Below, piece after piece: positions 13,501-25,300 of a DNA stretch of 64,000 nucleotides. A program made the translations under genes and the position numbers. Under the pieces are notes generated by a model that saw nothing but the letters and a program-made list of their open reading frames with translations, was not told where the DNA came from and ran no database searches. Source of the DNA: Tubulanus polymorphus (Eukaryota; Animalia; Nemertea); contig NC_134027.1 in the NCBI RefSeq assembly GCF_964204645.1, positions 21,972,560-22,036,559 of the forward strand. The letters run 5' to 3'. How positions within the stretch are numbered: the stretch's first letter is position 1; each line of letters begins with the position of its first letter.

Positions 13501-13598
13501 TCCATATCTTTTTCTTAGGAAAGATACAGCGATTTGCGAAATATTTGCATCGGGTTAACAGCTTCCAAATAACCGTAACCGATAACCAGCCTTCGTAA
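7594..13598 (+). CDS. Spliced gene (about 328 aa) with a CBM20 starch/glycogen-binding-like domain and a possible C-terminal KH-like motif
   Basis: Exons 7594-7651, 7751-7816, 7908-8222, 8306-8437, 8506-8688, 13279-13431, 13519-13598. All introns are GT-AG and phase 1, and the joined frame is open. Exon 3 reads T.PGE.V.I.G...GW...WW...EFKFAVVD...KWE...NR (CBM20 pattern). The 3' end is uncertain. Confidence 0.7.
9088..11992 (-). CDS. LINE ORF2 (APE endonuclease + reverse transcriptase), frameshifted near 11785
   Basis: NIRS and LSETW lie in ORF 11753-11992. GGGV, GDFN, SDHFP, YRPISIL, DLSKAFD, GVPQGSILGP and FADD lie in ORF 9088-11820. Confidence 0.93.
12019..13263 (-). CDS. LINE ORF1 (N-terminally truncated): RRM-like region, three CCHC zinc knuckles and an SGNH esterase-like domain
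   Basis: Knuckles CRYCGGTDHPYFRC, CFKCKAADHMAADC, CFYCRTEGHKKTDC. SGNH blocks IIGDSN, SGAT, HLGTND and KGVH. Confidence 0.88.
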   Translation of the reverse strand: MVDELPNTTNVTIKDAPVELSDTFIAAQLSRFGKVVNGSIRRGKIKNTEILNGTIYAKMIDVKDIVPVETKFGKFDVRIYCDNNKTQCRYCGGTDHPYFRCLLRSRKLCFKCKAADHMAADCTLGIVCFYCRTEGHKKTDCPKLREVQTKLFTEPDSNSTSDLNSDIVESTPTNVHPAPEQTQPPVAEVCSAVKSSECLIIGDSNCHRLIFTDIPNKVRVNGLSGATAREISQQLLNLDKSLVREEIKSVICHLGTNDISLQKEDHDQVILDMTKAVNILLGHFPSANINISSILPRKGKSKNIMTLNDVTSLVNRFIKKLCDNESRLHYIDNDKKFRPDGSVVRMLFDSTDTKGVHIGIDGAKELTRTFLDVLGVNAEASKKRLRSQSSSSGSPNSVQACKILVTGDSPVTVV

Positions 13599-15917
13599 TT
13601 TTGCATTACACTCACAGCCCACAATCTCAGCAAGATTGTGGAAGTTTCACTTACTTTTGCCTATATGAATATATGCCTCTCTCTATCATCGGACTGAAAA
13701 AAATCTATTCTATCTAACGGAATCTTTTAGAAAATTGATCATCAATAAATATAGGAACGATTTATTTTAGCTGATTTTATCTTATTAATTGTAACATGTC
13801 ACAAGAAACATTTCAAATCATTTTCGTCTACGTAATTATTCACCATGTTTCCAGTCTCAACACGGTGCTCTACGACGCCCAGCGATCGTGTGTACCCAAC
13901 CTTTGGTAACATCATCGCACACTAAGGTCCTAGGTGAACGAAGTAGCAACATTGCACCTTTCTAACAGGCGTTTCCGGTAAATCATCTCCCAATGCCACC
14001 ATGTCACCAAAGATTCAAGGCCACTCTTGTCATTCATTCGTGTTCGCCATGTAAAGTCATTCCGGGGCCAAAATTGTTTGTTTCTAAGGAAAAGTGCATT
14101 GGTCGTTACTAGCCAGCACAAAGTTTTTTTCCGCATCCGAACGCATTCAGCTCTTAGGTCCATGGTCGGATCAGTGACAGTCATACATAAAACGCAGAAG
14201 AGTTCTGACTTGGGAGTAAAACCGAACAGAATACTGTGGAGCTGGTTGCAAGACCCAAGTAAACATAGCAAACGGACTAATTTTATCCTACTGTGAAACT
14301 GAACCAAGAACTGTAGAACCGGATGCAGTAAAATCTAGAACAATCAAAGTGACTAGTTTTACTAAATCAAACGAAATAATTCCAAAAATATGTAATCAAT
14401 ATTAGACGATAAAATTTGACAGAAAAAAATCTTTTAAAAACTTGTATGCAGATTTTACCAAATGTCGAATAAGGCCGAGTTTTACAGAAAATTCTATAAA
14501 CATTTCTTTACAACTATTTCATCGTTTAAACTATTTCTAAGAACCTATCAATCGCAAATTCTAAGGAATTCTAATATTTCTAATGTTTCTAATGTTTCTC
14601 TGATACTAATAGTGCTACCTGAAGGAGAGGCTGGGGCTGGTGGTTAACAGAGAAAATCACTGAAACAGGCGCTATACATTTTTTAATCAATTTTTATTCG
14701 GTCACAATATCATCAAGAAATAAACACATTGTCTCATCAATTATGAAATATACATCCAATGAAATTATCTTTAATCGAAGCTTTGTTTTTTATTAGTCTG
14801 TCGAATCACTCAGTTTCAATATCGATTTGTTTCAGGGTTAGTAGTCAAGGACATAATTTACTTGTCACCGGTCCCAAAGCTGACAAGTCACTACGGCTTG
14901 CTTGGGTATTTTATGTGGCCATGCTCCATATGAAGATGATGGATAGCAACCTACACTTTCCGATAGATGGCGCACGTGAAATATGGTTCATTTTAGATCT
15001 TTGCCTTGCCTTACCTTGTGCAACTAAGGAGAGTAGTAACTCTGGTAGAAACCTTGGTTCTCTCCCCTCAAACATCTCAAGAATATCGACCAGGGTCGCT
15101 TCAGTTATGTACCCCATCGAAATCTGTGTATTTATCTTGATAAATACACAGATGTAATAGATCTTTACTATTCTCAAATTGCTGAAAATTGATAGTTCAA
15201 CAAAATCCAAATCGATGGCGCACATATCGATTTTGAATCTCCGCTCGGTTCAGCATCCATACCCGTAATCTCAGGACAACTATGACACACGTCAGCGACC
15301 AAACCATAAGATACCGCATCATCAGGACTATACACAGCCAGAAAATTACTTCAGTAGAACCTCGTTACGGAAAACTTCACGGGACCAGAAAATATGTTCG
15401 TTATAACCGTTAGTTCGTAATATCCAGCATGAAATTAGTGAAATTGTCATACTTGGGACGGAATTCTTTAGTTGTTATATCCGATGGATCGTTGTATACG
15501 AGTTCGTTATCCATTGTAGGATCTTTTTAGCCATCTATTGGAAATCAGTTCAGTACACCTCGGACTACATTATAACCATCGATGACGGCATCATCAGGAC
15601 CATATTTAGGATCTATTAAGCCATCTAAATTCATTATCACGTTTTTAATATCTATTTTGTTCATTTTGTAAAAATTGTTTACAAAAATAAGATCATATCG
15701 TATATCATCATGAACAGGATTGGAGTATTTATGGCAGGGATCTACTTCGGGCCTCACTTTACGGTGCGGATATGAGACACTTAAAACCGATATATCGAGA
15801 TCCAGGTCAATGGCGCTTGAGACAATTGACAATTTTATTCAGGTTCAATGTTTTTTCCATCCTTGTAATTCAAAAGTGGCTTTTTATTCATCATTTGGAC
15901 GACTCGGCGGTATCGAT

Positions 15918-17034
15918 TCAAACCTGGGGCACGCCTCTACATCTTCTTTTCATCAGTGCTTTTGCAGTCTGTCTAAACCGATCGTGTACCAAACAATAAA
16001 TGACAAAATTCGCCGACGAGTCCGCAATCGGGAACAACTCGGCGAAAAATATCTGCACATTTTTCGTCGCTCCGTGATAACGCACTTTCGGTAAATCGAC
16101 GAAAAGTCCGATAAATTTTTGATAACTTTGAAACGAACTGGGCAGTTCGAATACCAAAAATATAACCGAAACGGCTACGGTCAAACGAATAGCCTTCATA
16201 GAATTGACGAACTCATTTTCATTCGCCGCGATTTTTTTCTGATTTTGCGAAATTTGGCGAACTTTGCCGACGATGTAGATATTCAAAACGACGATAATCG
16301 TGAAAGGTAAAACTTCTTTTATCACCGGATTCAAATACGTGTAACTCACCGATAGCCATTTATCCCAAATATTAAACGTATGCACCATACCTCTTACCGG
16401 TCGACTTGTGCACGTATCATAGCCAGTGACATCGGTATAATAAGCGAGGCCGTAGATATGCGTAAGTAGATAAACGACATAATCATAGACGTTAAAATAT
16501 GCGCGCATAAGGCTCGCGTTTAGTTATTTTCGCTCGAGCGTAAAACGGAAATGCGAGCGATATGACTTTTTCGACGCTGATTAACACGGTCAACCAGTTC
16601 CGCGACACGTGCGTCGCGTAGCGTAAAAAATCGATCGACACGTATATATCCGGCTGGACGTGATGGATTTCCGTCCGATCGCGGTATTGCGGATACCGAT
16701 AACGCGGGTACAGATGAACTTTTTGTCGGAAGATGAAGTCGCCCTCGACGGCCCAGCCGACCCAATAACGCAGCGGTTCTCGAATACCGCGACTTAACAA
16801 AAACGCGATGTCCGTGTAAGCGAGGTATATGAGTAATTGAATGGATACGGAAATCACTGGTTGCTTTCGTAATATAACTATATTGAAAATGTTTAAAATG
16901 ATTCCCAATAAAGTTATCAAAGTTCCACCAGTGAGTCGAACGATAGCCTTGAAGAACCCATCAGTGCTGTACGTGCAGTCTACTGCGAGTAACTGCGACG
17001 CGTTGGTCGATTCACCTCCCATAGACGAGTTCAT
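15918..17034 (-). pseudogene. Intronless class A GPCR, copy 4, with frameshifts near 16516 and 16462 (pseudogene or consensus error)
   Basis: TM1-3 are in ORF 16492-17034 (GIILN, LAYTD, SVEKV). TM5-7 are in ORF 15918-16508 (FELP, NFVIY, RFR). A hydrophobic TM4 sits in the third frame between them. Confidence 0.85.
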
Positions 17035-18747
17035 GATTAAATTTCACATTTCATAAACCAGTTTATATCTAATTGGCTCCGATCATAAAATTTTCGGGTA
17101 AAAAGAAATCGAAGTCGGATTCTATTTCAAGTACGAATCAGTTTCTTTGCGAAAAAAATGGAAGTTGATCCATAGAAAAAGTTATTTTGAATGGGGAAAA
17201 GTGTAATTTACATCGCCATATCGAGTTCTGATATGATATTATTCTCATGATGTTGTTCTTATCGGTAACGTGATATGTAATGATTTTCTCACGCACAGGG
17301 ATCATCATACCGATTGATAGTTAGAACAGTCTTCAATCGTTGGTGTTAAGCTACAGTATTGACGTTTCAGAATCACACTAAGTTCCAGACTTACTCATGG
17401 CCATCCTCCCATGGAAGGGATTCGAACCTGATGACATCGCTACACTCAGCCACGGCACGAAACCCTGCCACACTAGACCGGGTGCGCAGGTACCTGCGCA
17501 GCTTTGCCGCGCGAAAACTTGCGGCACCAATCATATTGCTCATTGTATAGTCACTGAGATATCCAAAAGGAACTTTTTATCCTTATATCAAAAGGATATC
17601 CAAACGTTTGTGGTGAGTGAGAATGGCGCAATTCAAAAGTTATAAAGTTATACTAAGGAATCTTAACTTTTGGTAAAATGCTATTTGAGTGTTGTAAGTT
17701 TTTGGTATCAATGAGGGTTAAAAATCGGATTGATTTATTGCGTATTAGTCTTCTGGTCTATGATATACTGTTGATCCAATAAATCTTTTGTAGAAAACTT
17801 AGTTCGAACGCTGTGCGTGACAGGACGTAACAGAAATAATAATAATAACTGAAAATAATGACTAAATAAATTATTTTAGTATACTTTATTCAATCACATT
17901 CATACGACATGATGAGAAAGAAATAACTTCTAGGAAATAAGAATTTGCTTTTGCATATTTTATTTTTTCAAATGAACGATTTATAAAATTTCAAAACGTA
18001 TTTGTGAGCATTTACATAATATTGTATTCATATGTCTCAAATCAAATATTTACGTTAATGAAAATAGATGAATATGATAAGCGAAATCAATAAATATCAT
18101 TTTTAATGTTATCAGTACTCTATTTGAATTTAATCAATTCATTGAAATAAACAATAGCAAATTGGCACCGAAATGATGATAAAACATTACAGATATATTA
18201 TTCAATTATAATTACAATCACAGATAGAAATATTCATTACGGTTAGATTATTGCTCCACAAAAAAAAGATGATAACATATCAAAAAGCACAAAATCAGGT
18301 TCAGGTTCATACATGATATTAGCATTTACAGATTTGATACAAATATCGTTAAAGGGAGAAGAAATAATGAATAAAAACATTCAGAAAAAAAGATAAATGT
18401 TATGTGAATTGATGTTCTTCGGATTTGTATTATTATATGTATATCAAGTCTGAAGCCTGAGGAGTTGAGTGGAGAGCCCACCAAACTAAAGATAGCTTTA
18501 ATCGCATATATCCAGCTTAACGCGTCACTTATGTCAATCTCCTTGAGTATCAAATACTCAAGTCTGAACAGATCAGTGGAGCACCCACCGGTACTCAGAT
18601 GTTACCATGCGGGTATGTTTTACTCACTCTATGCCCAGGTAATAACCCTCGTCATACATATCGTATGCACGAGCGATAACCTAAATTAATCTGATATCTT
18701 TCATCTCTTTTCAGGCACGGTTTTATCATTGGTATTTCTAACACATT

Positions 18748-19260
18748 CTAGCTGTCCATTTGTCTATTTTGTTCTCTGTATTCATGATCTTGAAATTTCC
18801 TATAATGGTCGTTTCGTTCTGCGCTTGTTTTTGAGAACCACGTCATGTTTGGCACCCGAAATGAAATGACAGATTCTGCCAATGTATAATTTCCCTGCCC
18901 ATACAACGCGCGTCTAGTTTCCGCGTAATGCAATCGAACAATTTTATGAATTCCGTCGACTAAATCCATAATCTTATTTGGTCTTGGATCCAACCACGAT
19001 TTGAGGGTACGATTAATTGACTGAAAATTCGTATTCGTCCGGGCTAGTGGCAAACGGTCTGAATCGGAAAACCTCGGTTTCAAAACAAAATCCTTTAGAA
19101 ATGGTACCAATTCGCTTTCGAAATAACTCATAAAAGATGGTTGTTCGGCTTCAATTTTGGTGGCAACAGTTGCAGTTTTCTCGTCAAAACTAAGCATATC
19201 CTTTGATTGTATAAGACCGTATTTTCCAAAAATAGCATTAAGTATACGTTGCCTCGTATT
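18748..19260 (-). mobile_element. Degenerate Mutator/MULE-like transposase fragment
   Basis: TNTNFQSINRTLK...DLVD...YAETRRALYGQGNYTL resembles the TNNxxESxNxxLK region of invertebrate MULE transposases (recognised by eye). Confidence 0.55.
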
Positions 19261-19329
19261 TTTGTCTGCACCTCATCCTGGAGTCGGCGTTGAACATTTG
19301 CCTTCAATTTTCCAGTACGAATAATAACT

Positions 19330-19560
19330 TCGGAATCAAAAAATCGGCCCTCCATTTTTGAGTAAATTGGTCTTGAAGACGCTGTTTGATCAATTCACCA
19401 ATAAGTTCAGGATTAACTCGCTCGTGATTTACCCAGTAGTTCATTAAACCACACTCTTCTAGGGTGCATTTTATATAACTTAACCACTTGGTTGTTTTTC
19501 CATGGAGCAAGTGCATATTAAAAAGCATTTTATACATTTGACCCGATAATGTCGATACAT
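19330..19560 (-). mobile_element. LINE ORF2 C-terminal fragment
   Basis: KWLSYIKCTLEECGLMNYW...IKQRLQDQFTQKW is typical of the post-RT region of invertebrate non-LTR elements. Confidence 0.65.
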
Positions 19561-20122
19561 CGGAGTCGGGTTGCCGTCGCAAGCCGGCTTATGTCGAACC
19601 GATAGAGCAGCAATTGGCGGCCTCTCGTAGGAAAATTTATCTCCATGTAAAAAATTTCTTCGTATACGTAATGGAAAATGAATTTTCTTGCAGAAAATGT
19701 ATTTCTTGTAAGATTTTCTTGTATTCCCTGTATGCTTTAAAAGGAAACCTGAACTTAGAATAGAAATTCAATGTGGTTGGTGTACTTGTTGTTGTCACAT
19801 CGTATAGTAATTTTTTGTTTTCAGACATCGAATATTACAGCGTCACGAACACATGTATCCTCACAACATCTCTATCTACATTTGGCATTGATTGCGTATA
19901 TGCGCAGTATATATTCAAGTTTCGCGGCAATTCTAAATCGGTTCTAGTAAACTGGGCGCTGTTCATGTAACTTTCGGTGCGGCGTGTGAAATGCTGGGAT
20001 AATCATAGAGTCATGCAGCAGTGGGCTGCTCTTAACGCGGCGTGTGAAATGTTAGGATGATCATAGAGTCGTGGAACGGTGAGCAATAATTTGAGAGAAG
20101 CATTTCAGATTGTCACTGACGC

Positions 20123-21352
20123 ATGTTCTTCATGTTCTTCATGGATAATGTTACCACCATCAGCACTACAACTCGTAGAATATACCTCACAACTTTGAAG
20201 ACACCGGGTTATATCAAAGCCTTCAATACGATAACTTACTTCTTTTATGGATACAACAGACCATTCAAATACGTGATCTTGCTTCCATCGGGAAGTTTGT
20301 TTAACTTTCTGACAATAATTCTACTGGTTAAGTGTCGCAAATATCGGTCAGTTCGTTACACGTTCCCCTATCTCATAATTATCGCATTTTCTGACCAACT
20401 TGTCGTGTTGTTCGAGCTACAACATTTTCCATTTTATTTGAAAGACTTCGTGACATATCACCTAGGATTTAACAGCGGATGCGACGCTTCCTATTTGTCA
20501 TTCACTAAACACAGTAAACTATGTCCATCGCTTTACTATTTCTATTACTATTTCTACTATCGGGCGCGATTGTTTCCTTCTTGCATATTCTTAAATCTGC
20601 TTTATAACCAGTCACAATGTGTATCGAACTACACAGTTATAGTGATGGCTATCGAGAGATTTTTTTCCATTCGTTTTCCTTTCTTTCACATGAAACATTT
20701 CACCGTCACACGGCGTAAAATTGCAGTAGGTTTTGTCATCTTCTGGGCGTATCTTACAAACTTTGATTCTGCGATTATATTCAAAGTTTATCTTCGTAAA
20801 TCCCGCTTGCGCTACAATGAAACGTATTACTATTTTCAGTGTAAAACGTCAATCGACTTTATGAGTCTGTCCCACCTCGCAGAAATCGAAGCTACAAGAA
20901 TATTTTTACAAGATATATTTCCTGCTTTTGTTATTGTAATATTATCAGTGTCAACTGCTGCATTACGTAATGAGAAATCTGAGCTAAGAGCGACGAAACC
21001 AGATCATCATCAATCTTCAGCTAGTAAAACTCTTCTAGTCGTTGTTTTGGTGTACGTTTTACTCGTTTTCCCGTACGCTACAACTAAATGCATCAGCCAA
21101 ATGTTGATTTTCATTATAAATAAGCTTCGCCGTGATAACGGTATAAGGATCGACTACAAAAATCCTCATTTTAGGTTCTTTGTCAAGACTTTATGGTTAC
21201 GGTTAGAAAATTTCCTATTTACGTGTCGACAGTTTGTGTTCTGCGTTAACTTTTTTATATACATCGGAACATTAAAAGTTTTCAGAAGGCAATTCATTAA
21301 ATTATTTACTGGCCGTTATTTTTGTAGAATGAAATTGAAACGGAACAACTGA
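20123..21352 (+). CDS. Intronless class A GPCR, copy 5 (opposite strand, divergent)
   Basis: 409-aa ORF with GSLFN, IAFSD, MAIERFFSIRFPF, LVFP, NFFIY and VFR. Confidence 0.9.
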   Translation: MFFMFFMDNVTTISTTTRRIYLTTLKTPGYIKAFNTITYFFYGYNRPFKYVILLPSGSLFNFLTIILLVKCRKYRSVRYTFPYLIIIAFSDQLVVLFELQHFPFYLKDFVTYHLGFNSGCDASYLSFTKHSKLCPSLYYFYYYFYYRARLFPSCIFLNLLYNQSQCVSNYTVIVMAIERFFSIRFPFFHMKHFTVTRRKIAVGFVIFWAYLTNFDSAIIFKVYLRKSRLRYNETYYYFQCKTSIDFMSLSHLAEIEATRIFLQDIFPAFVIVILSVSTAALRNEKSELRATKPDHHQSSASKTLLVVVLVYVLLVFPYATTKCISQMLIFIINKLRRDNGIRIDYKNPHFRFFVKTLWLRLENFLFTCRQFVFCVNFFIYIGTLKVFRRQFIKLFTGRYFCRMKLKRNN

Positions 21353-21756
21353 AGTAGTTGGTAGCGTTATTTTCTGAACATTAATATATTTCCGGGATTG
21401 TACAGTGCGTCTAATGAACTATACTTCTCGATAAACCTACGTAAGTAGTAAAAAGACTAAAATAGCATTGCTTTTCAGTCGTATATAAAACCATAAAACA
21501 AAATAGCCTAAGGCTTTAGTTACTTTCAATAAATGGAATCACAAATTACGATGCGTTATACATTACAAATCAAACCGTCTTATTTTGCCTTCTTTTACAT
21601 CTCTTAGTCAAATCATACACTTTCAAATAATGATTTCTCATTCTTAATAACTTCAGCGACTTAGATAGCCATCTCATCTTTGCTCACTTAAAACGATGGT
21701 GATATTATGATTCACACTACGTGTCTAAATGATGTCTTCTCTTATCGTTATAAATA

Positions 21757-21901
21757 CAGTCAACCCCCGATATACCGCCCACATCGGCGCAGAGCGATTT
21801 TGGCGGTATAGAGAGTATGGCGTATATCAGGGGTGGTTTGCTATGTATTTGTATTGGGATCGGTGGCGGTAAATGGGGAGCGGTATATCGGGGGTTGACT
21901 G
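21757..21901. mobile_element. Tc1/pogo-type MITE
   Basis: Perfect TIRs CAGTCAACCCCCGATATACCGC / GCGGTATATCGGGGGTTGACTG, flanked by TA on both sides. Confidence 0.88.
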
Positions 21902-22309
21902 TATCAACCCTGTGAGCTTGGAGGACACTGACACTGAAGAATGCCCTTAATGCGTTAACAGTATCGCCACCTGGTGTGTAGAATGTCGACAATCCCAAAA
22001 TAATAACGAAAAGATTATTATTCTATAATTTCGGCGGCGAATACGTAGTTTGATAGTTTTTGGAGTTTAGTAAGGCGAGATATTATAGCACGATCTCTCG
22101 ATCATAAACGTGTTTACTAAATTCTATTCAGGTATTTCTGGGTCCCCTGCGTTGTACGACATTAGAAGAGTAAATTTATTTTTCATCGGGTAATTAGTTG
22201 TCGAAATAAAATAAAATTGAATTTAAACATTCCTCACTCAGAGCGCCGCCTTGCGGGCAACAGAACAGATTTTCACGGTCACCGTTTAACACAGCCATCA
22301 ATAACGGTC

Positions 22310-25300
22310 ATGGCGTCGGCGGCGGACGCTAATGCGGCAGCTTCGAGTCGGCACGAAAAAAGTCTCGGTTTACTCACTACGAAGTTTGTATCGTTATTAC
22401 AAGAGGCACAAGATGGAGTTCTCGATCTGAAGAAGGTGCGAAATAGTTTTTTAGAAACCTTCTCAACGTCGAAAAGTTAACAACGAAACGAGAATTAATT
22501 TTCTTATGTTGTTGAACAGAAAATTCAATTCAATAAAGAAATGTTCTTCAATAAAATTAGTCCATTCTCGCAATTTGTGTAATGTTGAAACCATCCACAA
22601 ATCAATCCAATGCGCATGCACGAATGCGCTGGACTTAGAAAATTCTAAGAAAGATCCACGAAAATTGGGATTCGAACACGCAAGCACTAGTCTAGAGTGC
22701 AAGCCTAACGTTCCCCCCCCCCCCCCGCAGCGCTATGGCGGTTGCTTCGTGCAGTCGTAACTTTTTAACTACTCATAGCCTCATCCTAACCCTACAATGT
22801 TATAATATGTAACGGAACCTAACCCTAACCCTAACCCTAATCCTTTCCGTAGCCCTAACCCTAACCCTCTTGACCTTAAACCCTACTGTCTGTCACACAT
22901 GCTCTTCGTGCGACGTTTTGGTCCGTAATTCCGTTAATAATCGGTTGATCTGTAAATATTATGCATCAATTTGTTCAGTAAGGAATTTGCATTCAGAAAT
23001 AAATCATGAACTGGCAGAAATTTGTTTGTGTTTTCTTCTATCAGCGATAGTTTACCTAGCATACGCTCGCGTAATGCCGAAAAACGGCTTTTATGGCCCG
23101 TCACTTGGCGCCACCTACAGTATTTTGATATGCTAATGAGCAGGTGATGACGTCACTGTAACGTTTCCGAGCGTCCGCGGAGCGGATTTTTCAGCATTAC
23201 GCGAGCGTATGCTGAGTAAACTATCGCTCATAAATGAAAACAAAAACAACTTAAGTGAAAATTGTTGTTTATTTCTGAATGCAAATTCCTCGCTGAACAA
23301 ATTGATGCATAATAAAGGTAGAAAAACCGATTATTAACGAAATTACGCACCAAAACGTCGCACGGAGAGTAGGTGTGACAGACAGTAGACCCTACCCCTT
23401 CTGCGATTCAAAAAGCCGCCATTTTGTCTCTTTTCAATATCACTTCCGTTTTGTGGATGGTTTCAACATTACCTAAATTGCTTCATTCTCGATTTTTCCT
23501 TTGCCCCTGGGGGCAAGCACATCTGAAATTTCGCTTGCAGTAAAAGTGCAGATCCGCACCTCTCGTAAATGGTTCAATATATTACATTAATTTAAAGAAA
23601 ACTTGTTTCAGAGTCCAAATGTCAGCAATTCAGTACATACAGTGGTTTATTTGATGATATTTTCACTAGAAAGTAGATTTTTGGTGAGATTTTTATCTCG
23701 GAATCGGGATGGTTTGTCAAAAGGACGCCATATTATTGGATTGGTAAATCTAAAGTGAAGATTTGCCTAAAGTATTTGCTGAAACGATGTGAGGGTAATC
23801 AGTGCATAAAACTAATCACTTTTTTGTCAACTGTCACTGGGTTATTAATTCTGCCAAATTGTCTAATATGTTCGTTGAAATAGATAAGAAATTTCTATTT
23901 TTCTTTCAGCAAATATTCTAAACAAATCTTCACTTCAGATTTACCCATCCAATATGGTGTCTGGTTCAAAAATCGTGACGATCTCAAGACAAAATCCAGG
24001 CTAAAAATCTACTTTCTAGTGAAGATATCATCAAATAAACCACTGTACTGAATTGCTTTTGACATTTCAACTCTGAAACAGTGTTATTTAATCTAATTTA
24101 TTGAACCATTTACGAGAGGTGCGGACCTGCACTTTTACCTCGCTTACCCCTCGAAAAATCAACTTGCCCTGCACAGCCAGTCTGATTGTGGGCACAATCA
24201 TCCGTTGTAACTTGTATTGTATCAAGTAGGAAAAAGCTTTTGCCTGACGACAGACTGGACATAAAATTACGAGTGCGTTAGCTCCGGTTACGGAGTATGG
24301 TAAGCGCATCATGCGCAATACAGTAGAATTCTGACTTGCAATATTGTGATTCAAAACCAAACGAAAAAATATAGTTGAGTGCTTTACCCACTGAGCCACA
24401 GCACACAACTGGAAGCTAGATGAGTTATAGCCTCACCTAACCCTAACCCTAGATTCTTCTTTCACGCATGCGCGTACGTAGATTATACTGCAGATTCTTG
24501 TAAAATTACACCAGCCCAGTGGGCAAGTGATAATGATAACTTAATTGCTCTAATGAAAATATAATTGTCTTAAAAGGCAATCGAACAAGCACTTATATCG
24601 CACCCTGTCTTACGTAGTTCTATTTCATACGACTGATCTTAAACGTCGTATGGCCAATTAGCGATGAGTATTGCGTCAAATTACTTTTATTACACTCGGC
24701 GATGATTGAGACAGAGTCTGAAAGAGCACTGTAGGTCGACTATGACTCATTCATCGCCTAAAAGTCATCTGACGCGATACCCATTGCTAATCATTTTCAC
24801 CCGTCAAGGGATTCGAACCCACTAAGCTAAAGCCGTCCCCGAACCCCTTGACCTCACAAGTCATTGGAGTCGTTACTAGCCAACCAGAATCAGGTTGTAC
24901 CTATCACAGCGCTTGTCACAAACAACATTACGCTTCTGTTGGTTTTCTTGTTAAATAAATCAATCAGCGAACGTATTACCAAACAAGTGACGTCATGCGC
25001 AACAGCGCCAGTAATGAAATCACGCGTCGTCGTGAGGCCAGGGGGTTGTTGGAAGGTCGAGTACCGGGATCGATACCGGACCCCTGGCAAGCGAGGATGG
25101 TTGCTAATTGGCTACGACGTTAAGATCAGTTGTATGAAATATAGCTTATTCTATCCATAAGACTCGGCTTAGGACCAGTCTGCGATCAATCCGTCGTGAT
25201 CGTAAGTACACTCGTGTCGAAAAAGATTCCCGATTAAAAGAACCGCAGATAGTTGACTGCACTTAGGATCTTACGATCTGATCGGATCTTAATTGATCTG

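Noticed and set aside
17385-17560. tRNA-like GGTTCGAATCC boxes here and near 4015, 24810, 40440, 44640, 48055 and 52145
   Set aside because: No full cloverleaf can be built; they are parts of dispersed SINE/MITE-like repeats.
22816-22868. Telomere fusion relic
   Set aside because: Short, single orientation and enclosed within a TIR element.
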